Notes: a model not told the origin generated them from the letters alone. 41,446 nucleotides of DNA from an uncultured archaeon (GCA_964486045.1 CAZALK010000026.1:1-41446), one strand, 5' to 3'; counted from the first letter of the stretch, positions 10,274 to 19,639 are shown. Numbers and translations: made by a program.

Positions 10274-10822
10274 TTTCTTGGTCCTGTGATAAATTTATAT
10301 CTTACAATTGGCAACTGCTTTAAATTATTTAAAAATCAGCTAAAAATATAAAAAAAAAGTAGATATAAATAGAAAATATGTTAAACAGAGAGGTTCCCGT
10401 TTCTACTTTGTTTATCTAACACTATTAAGTGCATAAGGTAATGAACTTAAAGTGAAAAAAAGATGGTTTTTGGACAATTAAAGGAAGGTGGACATTAATT
10501 TTAGTGATTTTCAACCCAAAACTCCTTTAATAGCAATTAAAAATAAGTATTTATAATACTGGGATTTCTATTTAATCAAATTTAGCCATCTTATCAAATT
10601 TATGAAATATTAAAAACTCTTAATCCTAGATATTATCCTTTAAATTTTTAGATTTATTTCACTTTATACAGTCTCGGCAATTTATCAAAATGCTACAAAT
10701 AAAACCTTTTTATACTAATAAATCCTTTTTATATTGTTATTTTCAAGAATATTCAGATATAATTTCAACAACATAAAATTGAAAAATAATTCAAAAATTA
10801 TATAAAAAGGTTGAAAATTAAA

Positions 10823-11303
10823 ATGGTAGACGAAGCATTATTAAAAGAAATAAAAGCTGCTCAAGACGCAGGGGCATCTAGTGCATCTGTTGACACTATG
10901 ATGAAATCTTTTGAATTTATCAAGCAAATCTCCACCGAGAATGAGGACTTGAAGGAGGAGCTCGAAGATATGCAAATAACCATCCAGATGGTAATCACGG
11001 ACGCAGATAAGAAATTCTGGCTCTCAGTAAACGAAGGTAAATTAGATTTTGGTGATGGAGATGTAGAAAATCCTTCATTCACGATGTCTTCTACGCTGGA
11101 AGTGGGAGCTGGAATACTTATGGGTGAGGTAGACGCTACTTCCGCATATATGGCTGGCGACATTACAGTTGAAGGCAATCTCCAAGACGCAATGGCCTTT
11201 CAGGAAGCTTAGATAAGTCAAAAATTTTTGTGGTCTCCACACTAAGCCTGAAATCATAGAACTGGCCTTGGAAGCGTACGAAGACCTTGTCGAAGATCTT
11301 TAA
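10823..11303 (+). CDS. SCP2 sterol/lipid-binding domain protein; join(10823..11206,11253..11303), 144 aa if spliced, 129 aa unspliced
   Basis: SAYMAGDITVEGNL SCP2 motif; frame resumes after the 46-nt insert as IIELALEAYEDLVEDL-stop; T-run terminator follows. Confidence 0.85.
11207..11252 (+). other. Candidate BHB/BHL-type mRNA intron (46 nt) containing an in-frame TAG
   Basis: Central helix CAGG(11201-04)/CCTG(11247-50); bulge AAG; inner helix CTTAG/CTAAG; 3' AAA; cutting after nt 2 of each triplet restores the frame. Confidence 0.8.
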
Positions 11304-11335
11304 CAACAGCAGAGACGACCTCCAGAATAACCCAT

Positions 11336-11371
11336 TCTTTTTTTTATTTTAACTTAATTTTTTATTTTTTT
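11336..11371 (+). terminator. Archaeal poly-T terminator after SCP2 exon 2
   Basis: Several long T runs 35-70 nt after TAA 11303. Confidence 0.5.
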
Positions 11372-11415
11372 AGTAAATGAATCCCGAAATAAATATATAG
11401 AAAATTTAGAAATTC
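11346..11415. repeat. Right arm of ~70-bp imperfect inverted repeat
   Basis: Inverted copy of 10203-10273. Confidence 0.85.
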
Positions 11416-11473
11416 GTAAGTTCAGAGCCATTCAAGATTTAAATATGCGATTTACCTTTACTTAATTAAAAGC

Positions 11474-11608
11474 ATGCAAGAATTCAAGGTAAACGATTAT
11501 ATCACATTGAGACTCGAAGGGAAGAATACGGTTATTTATGTTGCGGGAGAGAAGTTTCGGCAATGTAAGTATTTACTAATAAACATACTGGTCGATACTG
11601 GTCGATGA
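11474..11608 (+). pseudogene. 44-aa remnant resembling the N-terminal leader domain of Lokiarchaeal LRR proteins
   Basis: MQEFKVNDYITLRLEGKNTVIYVAGEKFRQCKYLLINI; ends at tandem 10-bp duplication ATACTGGTCG x2 (11585-11604). Confidence 0.6.
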
Positions 11609-11711
11609 TCCATGATTTATATGGGTGATATGACTTTATTCATTTAAATTTATTCATTTAAAGAAGAGTTTAATTAAGATAATTGGAAGTAAAAAAGATA
11701 GATGTAGAAGG

Positions 11712-12236
11712 ATGTACGAGGAATATTGCGAATATTGTGACAAAGCGATCTATCATGAATACTACCTTGACCACTTAGTAGATTGCATTAATAAGCACAT
11801 AGAAGACACTATAGAAAGGATAGAAATATTTTGTGAGTTAGATTGGTATTTCTTATTTGATGATACTGAATTCCCCCCACCTAACCCATTAAGTACCACC
11901 ACAAATATGATTATTAACTGTCTTAAAATTAAAACCGTAGATGTTCTAAGAAATGGAGAACGAAAAGAACTCGCTATTAAATTTTGTGCAAAGATTAGAC
12001 AAGCATTAATGGAAGAGATTCGTAGATTGAGGAGAAGACACGAAAGCCCCAATTCTTATTTAGCAGGATTAATGGGATTTTTTAACATATTAATAAAAAA
12101 CGATTGTGAGTCAATTATTCCTGAAGAAATCAAGTTTGTGAAAATGGTTGTATCTGCCAATGCAGATTTAGTGGAAGACATCCGACATCGTTTATCTGGA
12201 GAGATAGGGTATGACTCAGATAAGCTATTTCTTTAG
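11712..12236 (+). CDS. Hypothetical protein with N-terminal C2HC zinc finger
   Basis: CEYCDKAIYHEYYLDHLVDC = CX2CX11HX3C. Confidence 0.7.
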   Translation: MYEEYCEYCDKAIYHEYYLDHLVDCINKHIEDTIERIEIFCELDWYFLFDDTEFPPPNPLSTTTNMIINCLKIKTVDVLRNGERKELAIKFCAKIRQALMEEIRRLRRRHESPNSYLAGLMGFFNILIKNDCESIIPEEIKFVKMVVSANADLVEDIRHRLSGEIGYDSDKLFL

Positions 12237-12439
12237 AATCAAAGCAGAATTTTTATTTCGAGGAGTATCAAAACATATAAAAAAGATTAATCTCCTTGAT
12301 ACGATATTACTCCTATATTATTAAAGCTTATTACATAATTCTGTAAAATTTTAGTAGAAAATGCTAAAAATTATATCCTTGAATTATTACTATTCTTCAA
12401 AGAGAACATCTTGACAAAATTAGGAGCTATACCAGAGAG

Positions 12440-13057
12440 ATGATTATGAATCAATTGTTAGAAGCTACGAGTAATCTTATAGAGCAGCAATTCAAGGTTC
12501 CTGGTAAAGACATTATAATTGGTAGAACTCCGGAAGTTTCTGTAAAAATTAGCAATTCAGGTCAAATCATAAAAAAATTTAAAGATTTATTCAACTCTAA
12601 TTTACAATTATTTATTGAGGGAAAATATCTACAATTTCTGAATCTATTTAAAAAAATCAAGGGAGTAGATGAAAATTATATCAATGAGATCTACCAAGAT
12701 CTAGAACTTAAGTTAGAACATTTAAAGGATACTGAAAACATCAGTAAAGTTGTTCTATATGCCATTGTATTAAATTCACTAATTTCAGGTATTAGAGATC
12801 TAAATTTTGCAGAAACATTAAAAGAAATAAAAACCCGTGTTAAAAATAGAATCTCTACAAACGACAGTCAAATTCAGGAGGAATTGGACAAACTCTTCAT
12901 GATAAATGATGATAATGTCTCAATCTTGTACAATATTACATACCTTGATACTTTAGCTGAATCATTTAATTATCGAAAGGTTGCCCATATTTGTAAGATA
13001 CAAAAGAGCAAATTTATCAATCGAATTGTAAACTTAATTATTTCTCCAAATAATTAA
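12440..13057 (+). CDS. Hypothetical helical protein
   Basis: 205-aa ORF; no motif recognised. Confidence 0.7.
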   Translation: MIMNQLLEATSNLIEQQFKVPGKDIIIGRTPEVSVKISNSGQIIKKFKDLFNSNLQLFIEGKYLQFLNLFKKIKGVDENYINEIYQDLELKLEHLKDTENISKVVLYAIVLNSLISGIRDLNFAETLKEIKTRVKNRISTNDSQIQEELDKLFMINDDNVSILYNITYLDTLAESFNYRKVAHICKIQKSKFINRIVNLIISPNN

Positions 13058-13074
13058 GGAATTCTTTTAAATTG

Positions 13075-13833
13075 TTAAGTTTCATGTAAATTCTTAACTA
13101 AGATATCTGTAAGAGTATTTAAAACTAAATCCCTCAACTCAAGATCTTGAATTCTAATCCTGTCTGAAAATTCAATTTGTATTGCTTTACTATTAGGGAT
13201 TTGAGAAGCACCATATTCTTTCGTTATATAACCTCCAGTTAATACATACTCTTTTCTCTTAGGATGACCAGGAGCTATAGGAATATTCAAATCTATAAAA
13301 TTTTTGATAATCTTCCCACGAAGGTTATCTTCCCAATATTTTTTAAGTATTGGGTTATAGAAGAAAGATTCTAAATTATTCGTTCCTAGAATTATCTCCA
13401 CGTCTCGAAAGCCTGGTGGACGTTTTGCTTTTTCAAAACCATGGATGTCAATCAGTAGAGAACGCGCGAATAATTTTAGATTGTCCATTACATATTCTTT
13501 AATTTTTTTATGATAAATGGTATAGATCTCTTTAGCAATACCTGAACTTTGAATATACGCTTTTGTTTTCTCCCGATTCAAATCAATTTTACTACGACGT
13601 ACTTGAGAAATTACATAAGAAGGGATTCTATTTTCTAAATTTTGTTTTTTAAATTTCATTTTAATTCTCTCAATTAGCATTTTAGCGATTTCTATAGTTC
13701 TCCCATCTGTTCCTAAGATACCCTGCAATCTTTTTGGGATATTCTCGCATTCTAATGTTCCCCCATGGGGTACAGAGATGATTAAAGGTATCGTGCCTTT
13801 TTGAAATTCAACGTAATCTTTCAAATCTATCAT
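13075..13833 (-). CDS. N-formylglutamate amidohydrolase family protein
   Basis: PLIISVPHGG; RSKIDLNR; LLIDIHG; GGYIT; AIQIE. Confidence 0.85.
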   Translation of the reverse strand: MIDLKDYVEFQKGTIPLIISVPHGGTLECENIPKRLQGILGTDGRTIEIAKMLIERIKMKFKKQNLENRIPSYVISQVRRSKIDLNREKTKAYIQSSGIAKEIYTIYHKKIKEYVMDNLKLFARSLLIDIHGFEKAKRPPGFRDVEIILGTNNLESFFYNPILKKYWEDNLRGKIIKNFIDLNIPIAPGHPKRKEYVLTGGYITKEYGASQIPNSKAIQIEFSDRIRIQDLELRDLVLNTLTDILVKNLHET

Positions 13834-13891
13834 TTCACTAAAAAGTAATAATAAAAAAAGATAATTAAAATTTCATTAAATGAAAGAGGAG

Positions 13892-14341
13892 TTAAAAAAG
13901 AGTAAAATATCTAAGGACGATAAAAACACTAATCCACACTCCAAATCCAATTATTCCAAAAGTGTAATATGCAAATGAATTCCTTTCCTTTTCAAAGGTA
14001 ATATAGGCGAATATCCAGGTACCAATTCCCCCAATAACTCCAAATAAAACATCCGTAAACATATTTTGCCAACTATCTGGCCTATCTTCAAATTTCCAGC
14101 CTAAATCTAGGAATATTATATTTTCCATGATTTCCCAAAGTACCGCAAATATCACTGTAAGAATAAAAACAAAAAGCAACGAAAAAATGGGGACCTTACC
14201 TTTTTTCTTTGGAATCGTGTAAAACAACGAAAAGAATAAAAATAGACCAATACCATAACAGATATGACCTATGGAATAAAAATCTAACCAAGAGATGCCT
14301 ACTTCACTAATCTCTGTGGCAAACAACCAATTAAGTAACAT
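13892..14341 (-). CDS. 4-TM membrane protein with D..S..H / WE..E / DS..N...D motifs (DUF2585-like)
   Basis: LDFYSIGH; LWEIMEN; DSWQNMFTD. Confidence 0.65.
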   Translation of the reverse strand: MLLNWLFATEISEVGISWLDFYSIGHICYGIGLFLFFSLFYTIPKKKGKVPIFSLLFVFILTVIFAVLWEIMENIIFLDLGWKFEDRPDSWQNMFTDVLFGVIGGIGTWIFAYITFEKERNSFAYYTFGIIGFGVWISVFIVLRYFTLF

Positions 14342-14485
14342 AATTTACCCCTATTATCCGTTTTTTAGATAATTTTTGTTAGAATTTTTTAATATTGTAA
14401 AATAACCAATGATAAATTTAGTTAAAAAATATTGTAATATATAACATTTTATCATTCATCGAATAATGTTTTAGGTAATCTATAC

Positions 14486-15766
14486 TTGAAAAAAATCGCT
14501 TTCGTAATTTATTATCATCGACACAATTTTTTTAGCTTAAATGCTATTGCTGGTGCGCTCGAAACAGATATAGTATTTGAAAGTATTAATTTTTACTTTG
14601 TAAAATCTGTAGATGATCTCATGGAAACCCTTAAAGATTTAGTTAAATCTTACGAAAAAATAGTAGTGGGGATTTCTTTCTTCACTTCCCAACTTTTTGA
14701 AATTCAAGACTTGGTTCAAAAGATAAAAAATAAACACGAAAAAAGATGCTTGAGTATCGCCGGAGGTTCTCATCCAACAGGAAATCCTTTAGAAACCCTT
14801 AAAATGGGATTTGACATAGTAGTAGTTGGTGAAGGTGAGGCAACAATAATAGAAGTCATGCAGAAAATCAACACTAACGAAGAACTGAGGGATGTAGAAG
14901 GTATAGCGTACTTAAATGAAGAAAATGAATACATTTATACAGGGAAACGTGGATTAATTAATTTAAATAATTATCCCCCTTTCCCTTTAAAAAATACTAG
15001 ATATGGGGCTATTGAAATAACAAGAGGTTGTCCTTATGTATGTTATTTTTGTCAGACACCTTATATTTTAGGAACTACCCCGAGACATAGAAGTATTGAA
15101 CAAATTTGTAAATATGTTCACGAATTGCATCTACACTATGGAGATCTTACAGATGTAAGATTTATAACTCCAAATGCATTTTCATATGGTTCCAAAGATG
15201 GAAAAAATCTAAATTGGGGAGTCCTTGAAAATTTACTTATAAATATAAGGGAAATTATTGGTGAGAAAGGAAGGATATATCTTGGGACGTTTCCATCTGA
15301 AGTTAGACCTGAGCATGTCACCCAAGATACCCTTAATTTAGTTTTAAAATACGGCAATAACGATAATATTACTATTGGGGCACAATCGGGGAGCCAAAGA
15401 ATCTTAGATTTATGTCATAGAGGGCATACTGTTGAAGATATTTATCGAGCTGTTGAATTAACAATTAACAATAATCTAAGAATTAATGTAGATTTTATTT
15501 TTGGATTACCAGGAGAAAATGAGAATGATGTTGTATTGACAATAGAAATGATGAAAAAATTATCTGATAAGGGAGCAAGAATTCATGCTCATTCTTTTAT
15601 ACCCTTACCTCAAACTCCTTTTTCAAGGGAACCTGCTGGCAGGATAGCTGGGATTTATAAGAAAGAAGTTAATATTCTAATTTCAAAAGGATTAGCTTTT
15701 GGGAATTGGGAAGAACAAGAAAGACTCGGAATAAAAATCGCTAAATATCTTAAATCCATAAAATAA
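14486..15766 (+). CDS. B12-binding domain radical SAM protein (TIGR04013-like)
   Basis: AGGSHPT; GEGE; EITRGCPYVCYFCQTP (CX3CX2C); FPSEVRPE. Confidence 0.9.
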   Translation: MKKIAFVIYYHRHNFFSLNAIAGALETDIVFESINFYFVKSVDDLMETLKDLVKSYEKIVVGISFFTSQLFEIQDLVQKIKNKHEKRCLSIAGGSHPTGNPLETLKMGFDIVVVGEGEATIIEVMQKINTNEELRDVEGIAYLNEENEYIYTGKRGLINLNNYPPFPLKNTRYGAIEITRGCPYVCYFCQTPYILGTTPRHRSIEQICKYVHELHLHYGDLTDVRFITPNAFSYGSKDGKNLNWGVLENLLINIREIIGEKGRIYLGTFPSEVRPEHVTQDTLNLVLKYGNNDNITIGAQSGSQRILDLCHRGHTVEDIYRAVELTINNNLRINVDFIFGLPGENENDVVLTIEMMKKLSDKGARIHAHSFIPLPQTPFSREPAGRIAGIYKKEVNILISKGLAFGNWEEQERLGIKIAKYLKSIK

Positions 15767-15778
15767 TCACATAATTTA

Positions 15779-16639
15779 CTACTTAACAATTTGTACAGTT
15801 TGCCCATTTATTTCAATGAATTCTTCTTTCTCTAATTGAGAAAGAACGAACATGAGCTTTTTTTCGGGAGGCTTTTTCAGAATTTGCTCAATTTCAGATA
15901 TTTTAAGATTGTTATTTTTTACTAGTAATTTCAACACTTCTCCTCTTATCTGTCTATTCGAGCCTTTAAACGGAGATTGTCTACGATAATGAGCACTTTG
16001 TTTATTTAAACTTGGGTATGATTTCTTGAGCATGACCCCATAATCCATTAAAGCATAATACCACTCGCGAGGGTTTGTTTTATCAATAGTCTTTTCTACA
16101 ATTTGGAAAATTACTTTATCAGTTATATTCTTCTTATTAGGGAAAAAAAAGTAAATGTAGACTCTTCTAATATTAGTCTCAATAAAAACAGTAGGTTTAT
16201 TAAAAGCAAAAGCTACAACTGAAGATGCTGTGTTATGTCCAATTTGTGGAAAAGATTTTAATATTTCTATTGAATCAGGTAATTTACCATGATATTCGTG
16301 AATAGTAATATCCGCTATTTTTTTTAAAGCTTTTGCCCTTCGATTATATCCTAATCCTTGCCAAGCTCTAAGAACATCTTCAAGTGAAGCTCTTGACAAA
16401 GTTAAAAAGTTTGGAAATTTTTCTATAAAATTGAGGAATTTTTCTATAACTCTTCCTGTTTGAGTTTGCTGAAGCATAATTTCTGAAACTAAAACTTTAT
16501 ACGGTGTTAAATTTTGCCTAAATGGAAAATCTCTTCTATGAGATCTATAAAAACTATGAATTATTCCTCTGAACTGTCTAATAAGTTCTGCTGAAAGTCC
16601 ACTATTTCGATGAAGTTTATAGAATTCTGAAATGAGGAT
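15779..16639 (-). CDS. mutY: HhH-GPD A/G-specific adenine glycosylase (MutY-like, no FeS cluster motif); probable ATC start at 16639
   Basis: In-frame upstream extension FYRSHRRDFPFRQNLTPYKVLVSEIMLQQTQ; WQGLGYNRRA; ETNIRRV; ALMDYG. Confidence 0.85.
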   Translation of the reverse strand: MLISEFYKLHRNSGLSAELIRQFRGIIHSFYRSHRRDFPFRQNLTPYKVLVSEIMLQQTQTGRVIEKFLNFIEKFPNFLTLSRASLEDVLRAWQGLGYNRRAKALKKIADITIHEYHGKLPDSIEILKSFPQIGHNTASSVVAFAFNKPTVFIETNIRRVYIYFFFPNKKNITDKVIFQIVEKTIDKTNPREWYYALMDYGVMLKKSYPSLNKQSAHYRRQSPFKGSNRQIRGEVLKLLVKNNNLKISEIEQILKKPPEKKLMFVLSQLEKEEFIEINGQTVQIVK

Positions 16640-16749
16640 GAATCTTCGCCTACCGAATTTTTAACAAATTTTCAAATATAATAGTAAATATGTTTCTTTA
16701 TATCTAATGTAAATTAAAAACCTAATTAAAAGTAGTACGAAATATCACC

Positions 16750-17385
16750 GTGTACCTCTTCTTTTTAATATGTTTATTTGGGATAATAGCAGAATTACCT
16801 ATATATTTTTTGTCAGTTGAACATTTAAAGTTTCAAGAGAAATATGGGGAAAAAAAAGGATTGAAAATAACCAAAATTTATGGTTTAATTTCTGGATGGG
16901 GTTTTTTTATATTTTTATTCGGCATCTGGATCTCATATCAACCCAAATTTGAAATCCCTATTTTTCTATATAATTTGAATCTTTTAGGTTATTTAATTCC
17001 TCTTTTTCATTTAACAATGTCAATTCCTTTAATTTTAATAGGTGGTTGGTTTGGAATTGTGGGTGTAAAGAAAGTTACCTTAAAAGTCGCTGAAACTCAT
17101 AGACCAAAAGAAGTTATTAAAACAGGAATTTATTCCAAGATTCGTCACCCACAATATTTTGGGGCAATTTTGGCTCACATTGGCATTTCATTTCTCCTTT
17201 CCTCATTATATTCCATGTTATCAACTCCAATAGTAGTATTTGTTATTTATCTCTTCTCATGGAAAGAAGAAAAAGAATTAGTGAGAGAGTTTGGAAAAGA
17301 ATACGAAGATTATAAAAAGACAGTCTCTATGTTAATACCACGAGTAAGATCTAAAACTGCAGAAGAGAATTTAGAGCACAATTAA
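16750..17385 (+). CDS. Isoprenylcysteine carboxyl methyltransferase/PEMT family membrane protein
   Basis: TGIYSKIRHPQY; EEKELVREFGKEYEDYKK. Confidence 0.88.
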   Translation: MYLFFLICLFGIIAELPIYFLSVEHLKFQEKYGEKKGLKITKIYGLISGWGFFIFLFGIWISYQPKFEIPIFLYNLNLLGYLIPLFHLTMSIPLILIGGWFGIVGVKKVTLKVAETHRPKEVIKTGIYSKIRHPQYFGAILAHIGISFLLSSLYSMLSTPIVVFVIYLFSWKEEKELVREFGKEYEDYKKTVSMLIPRVRSKTAEENLEHN

Positions 17386-17495
17386 AATTTTTCCTCTGAC
17401 GTAAAAAGTGTGTAAAATATATAATAATCAATAATAAATATCAAAAACCCATCTAGAATTTATAAAAAAGACATTTACATTTTCTAAGCAATAAC

Positions 17496-17825
17496 ATGCC
17501 TGGCGATAAAGTTGAGATAGAAGATTTAGAGGCATTTATTGACGGTTTAATAACTTCTTTTGATACTCTAGGAGATATTAAACTTGATCAGGCCAAAGGT
17601 TTTCAAATACAGCTAGCAAGGGCTATTTCAGATTTGAGAACAAAAAGAACAGATAAAATAGAACCTCTTCCTAAGCATATTGGGAAAGTAGATCTAAAAG
17701 CGTTATTATTAAGTGAGTTAGAAACTCTTCAAGAAGATTTAGACTCTTCTGATTACAACCGGAGAAGCAAATTTAAATTAGTAAAAAAAATTGCTTTGGT
17801 ACGAGAGCAAATAAATTCAATATAA
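17496..17825 (+). CDS. Hypothetical protein
   Basis: 109-aa ORF upstream of tatD. Confidence 0.7.
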   Translation: MPGDKVEIEDLEAFIDGLITSFDTLGDIKLDQAKGFQIQLARAISDLRTKRTDKIEPLPKHIGKVDLKALLLSELETLQEDLDSSDYNRRSKFKLVKKIALVREQINSI

Positions 17826-17870
17826 ACTCTTTTTTTTTAATATACTTAAGAAAAAGAAGAGATTTTTGAA

Positions 17871-18626
17871 ATGTTAATTGATATCCATTGTCATGCTAAT
17901 TTGTATTTACCTTTAGACGAAATTATTAGCGAAGCTCAGAAAGCAGGAGTTGAAAAGATCCTTGCTGTTTCCATTAGCTTCATTAGTTTAGAAAGGATTT
18001 TAGAAATATCTAGGAGATTTGACGAAATATATCCTGCGTTAGGTATTCATCCAGAGGAAGTGCAAATGAATAAAGATATTGAAACACAATTAGATTCAGT
18101 ACTTAATATTATTAAAAGAAATAGGGAAAATATTTGTGCTATAGGTGAAATTGGTTTAGATCATCATTTCGTTAAAGATAAAGAACTGTATCCTTTACAA
18201 ATAAAAATATTTGAAAAAATGCTCTCACTTGCACAAGAACTAAAATTACCTGTAAATCTCCATACAAAAGGAGCAGAAAAAATTGTTTTTGATATGCTTC
18301 CGTCTTACACTATTCCAAACATAAATATTCACTGGTATTCAGGGTCAGAAGAATTTTTAAAACTCGGTATTGAAAGAGGTTACTTTTTTTCTATTACACC
18401 CGCCATTAGTTATTCACCTGCTGTAAAGAAAACGGTTTCTATGGTTAGTAAAAAACATTTATTATTAGAAAGCGACGGTCCAGTGAAATATTCTGGGAAA
18501 CAAGGTACACCAGCAATGATTAGAGATGTTTTAGAGACAATATCAAAAATGAAGAAAATTCCTGCTAATGAATTAGAAAATCAAATTTATGACAATACTA
18601 AGAAATGCTTTCCAAAAATCTTTTGA
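17871..18626 (+). CDS. tatD: TatD family nuclease/hydrolase
   Basis: DIHCH; LGIHP; GEIGLD; NLH; IHWYSG; LLESDGP. Confidence 0.93.
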   Translation: MLIDIHCHANLYLPLDEIISEAQKAGVEKILAVSISFISLERILEISRRFDEIYPALGIHPEEVQMNKDIETQLDSVLNIIKRNRENICAIGEIGLDHHFVKDKELYPLQIKIFEKMLSLAQELKLPVNLHTKGAEKIVFDMLPSYTIPNINIHWYSGSEEFLKLGIERGYFFSITPAISYSPAVKKTVSMVSKKHLLLESDGPVKYSGKQGTPAMIRDVLETISKMKKIPANELENQIYDNTKKCFPKIF

Positions 18627-18640
18627 AATCTTAGATTTAA

Positions 18641-19639
18641 TTAAATTATATCCCTTATTTCTTCAGGAAATGTTTCACCTTTACTTTTCATTAGAGATAA
18701 CATTTCCTTTGTTTCAGATATTGTATTACCATAAATATGGAGTGAATTACTAAAATCTAGATAGTGACCGATTTCAACATTTAACTTCTCAGCAATATCC
18801 TTCTGAATTCGTATCATACCATTTACGTTTGCTTCCCAAGCTCTAAATAAGTCTCGACTTCTCCAAGTTGTTTGCATAATTAATTTTCCTTCTTTAATTC
18901 GCATAAAAATCCTCTGGAGACATGGTGGATCAACATGAAATGGATCCACTAACGGTCGCCATGTTATTGCCTGCGCCCTGCGTGAGTAGGGTTTTTCTTT
19001 TAATTTTTGAATAATATATTCAATTTGATTAATTCTAGGAAAGCTCAAAACAGCAATAGGGATATTTTCTATGCGTAATTGATCAGAAATCTTTTTATCT
19101 AAATCTAATTCAATATCATTATTGATTTTCCAAATATTCGATTCAGGAGTACTTCTAATTTTATCTGCCCTTATTAACTTTTTATGATTTTTTACAAACT
19201 CATTATCAACAATTTCTAAATCATAATTCTTATGAATAGAATCCTCAAGAGAAAATGGAGCATAATTAAATATTCTATCGTGATAGGAATAAGGATAACT
19301 CACACCAGATTCATATAATAAATGATCATTAATTCCATGCATGATTTCTTCAATATATCCACTCTGGACGGACCCAATCAAATAAGTATCTGCCATACAT
19401 CCAAAAACCTCATAAGAATTACCGTATTTTGATTTAATCTTTAAAATTTTATCCTTACGCATTATCGGATTGCTTAATGGATCAGTTATTTCTATCAATG
19501 CAGTAGCGTCTTTCGAAGGAGGGTCATCTGCTTTATCATATTCAGTTTTTATATCATCACCGTTATATAACACTTGAACGATAGCAGAAAGCCAAGCATC
19601 CCGAATATTGGTCTTAGAAATATAAAAAACTTTTGCCAT
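18641..19639 (-). CDS. thyA: Archaeal thymidylate synthase (ThyA family) with internal insertions
   Basis: YSYHDRI; SRRAQAITW; PPCLQ; WRSRD; NSLHIY. Confidence 0.85.
   Translation of the reverse strand: MAKVFYISKTNIRDAWLSAIVQVLYNGDDIKTEYDKADDPPSKDATALIEITDPLSNPIMRKDKILKIKSKYGNSYEVFGCMADTYLIGSVQSGYIEEIMHGINDHLLYESGVSYPYSYHDRIFNYAPFSLEDSIHKNYDLEIVDNEFVKNHKKLIRADKIRSTPESNIWKINNDIELDLDKKISDQLRIENIPIAVLSFPRINQIEYIIQKLKEKPYSRRAQAITWRPLVDPFHVDPPCLQRIFMRIKEGKLIMQTTWRSRDLFRAWEANVNGMIRIQKDIAEKLNVEIGHYLDFSNSLHIYGNTISETKEMLSLMKSKGETFPEEIRDII

Noticed and set aside
11207-11252. Insert explained as a MITE footprint or as pyrrolysine/amber read-through
   Set aside because: 46 nt is not a multiple of three, so read-through does not reach exon 2 in frame; there is no clear target-site duplication beyond the flanking GAA; BHB geometry predicts a frame-restoring excision
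7570-11500. att-site duplication of the tRNA-Asp 3' end bounding the cassette
   Set aside because: No second copy found by eye and no integrase in the window
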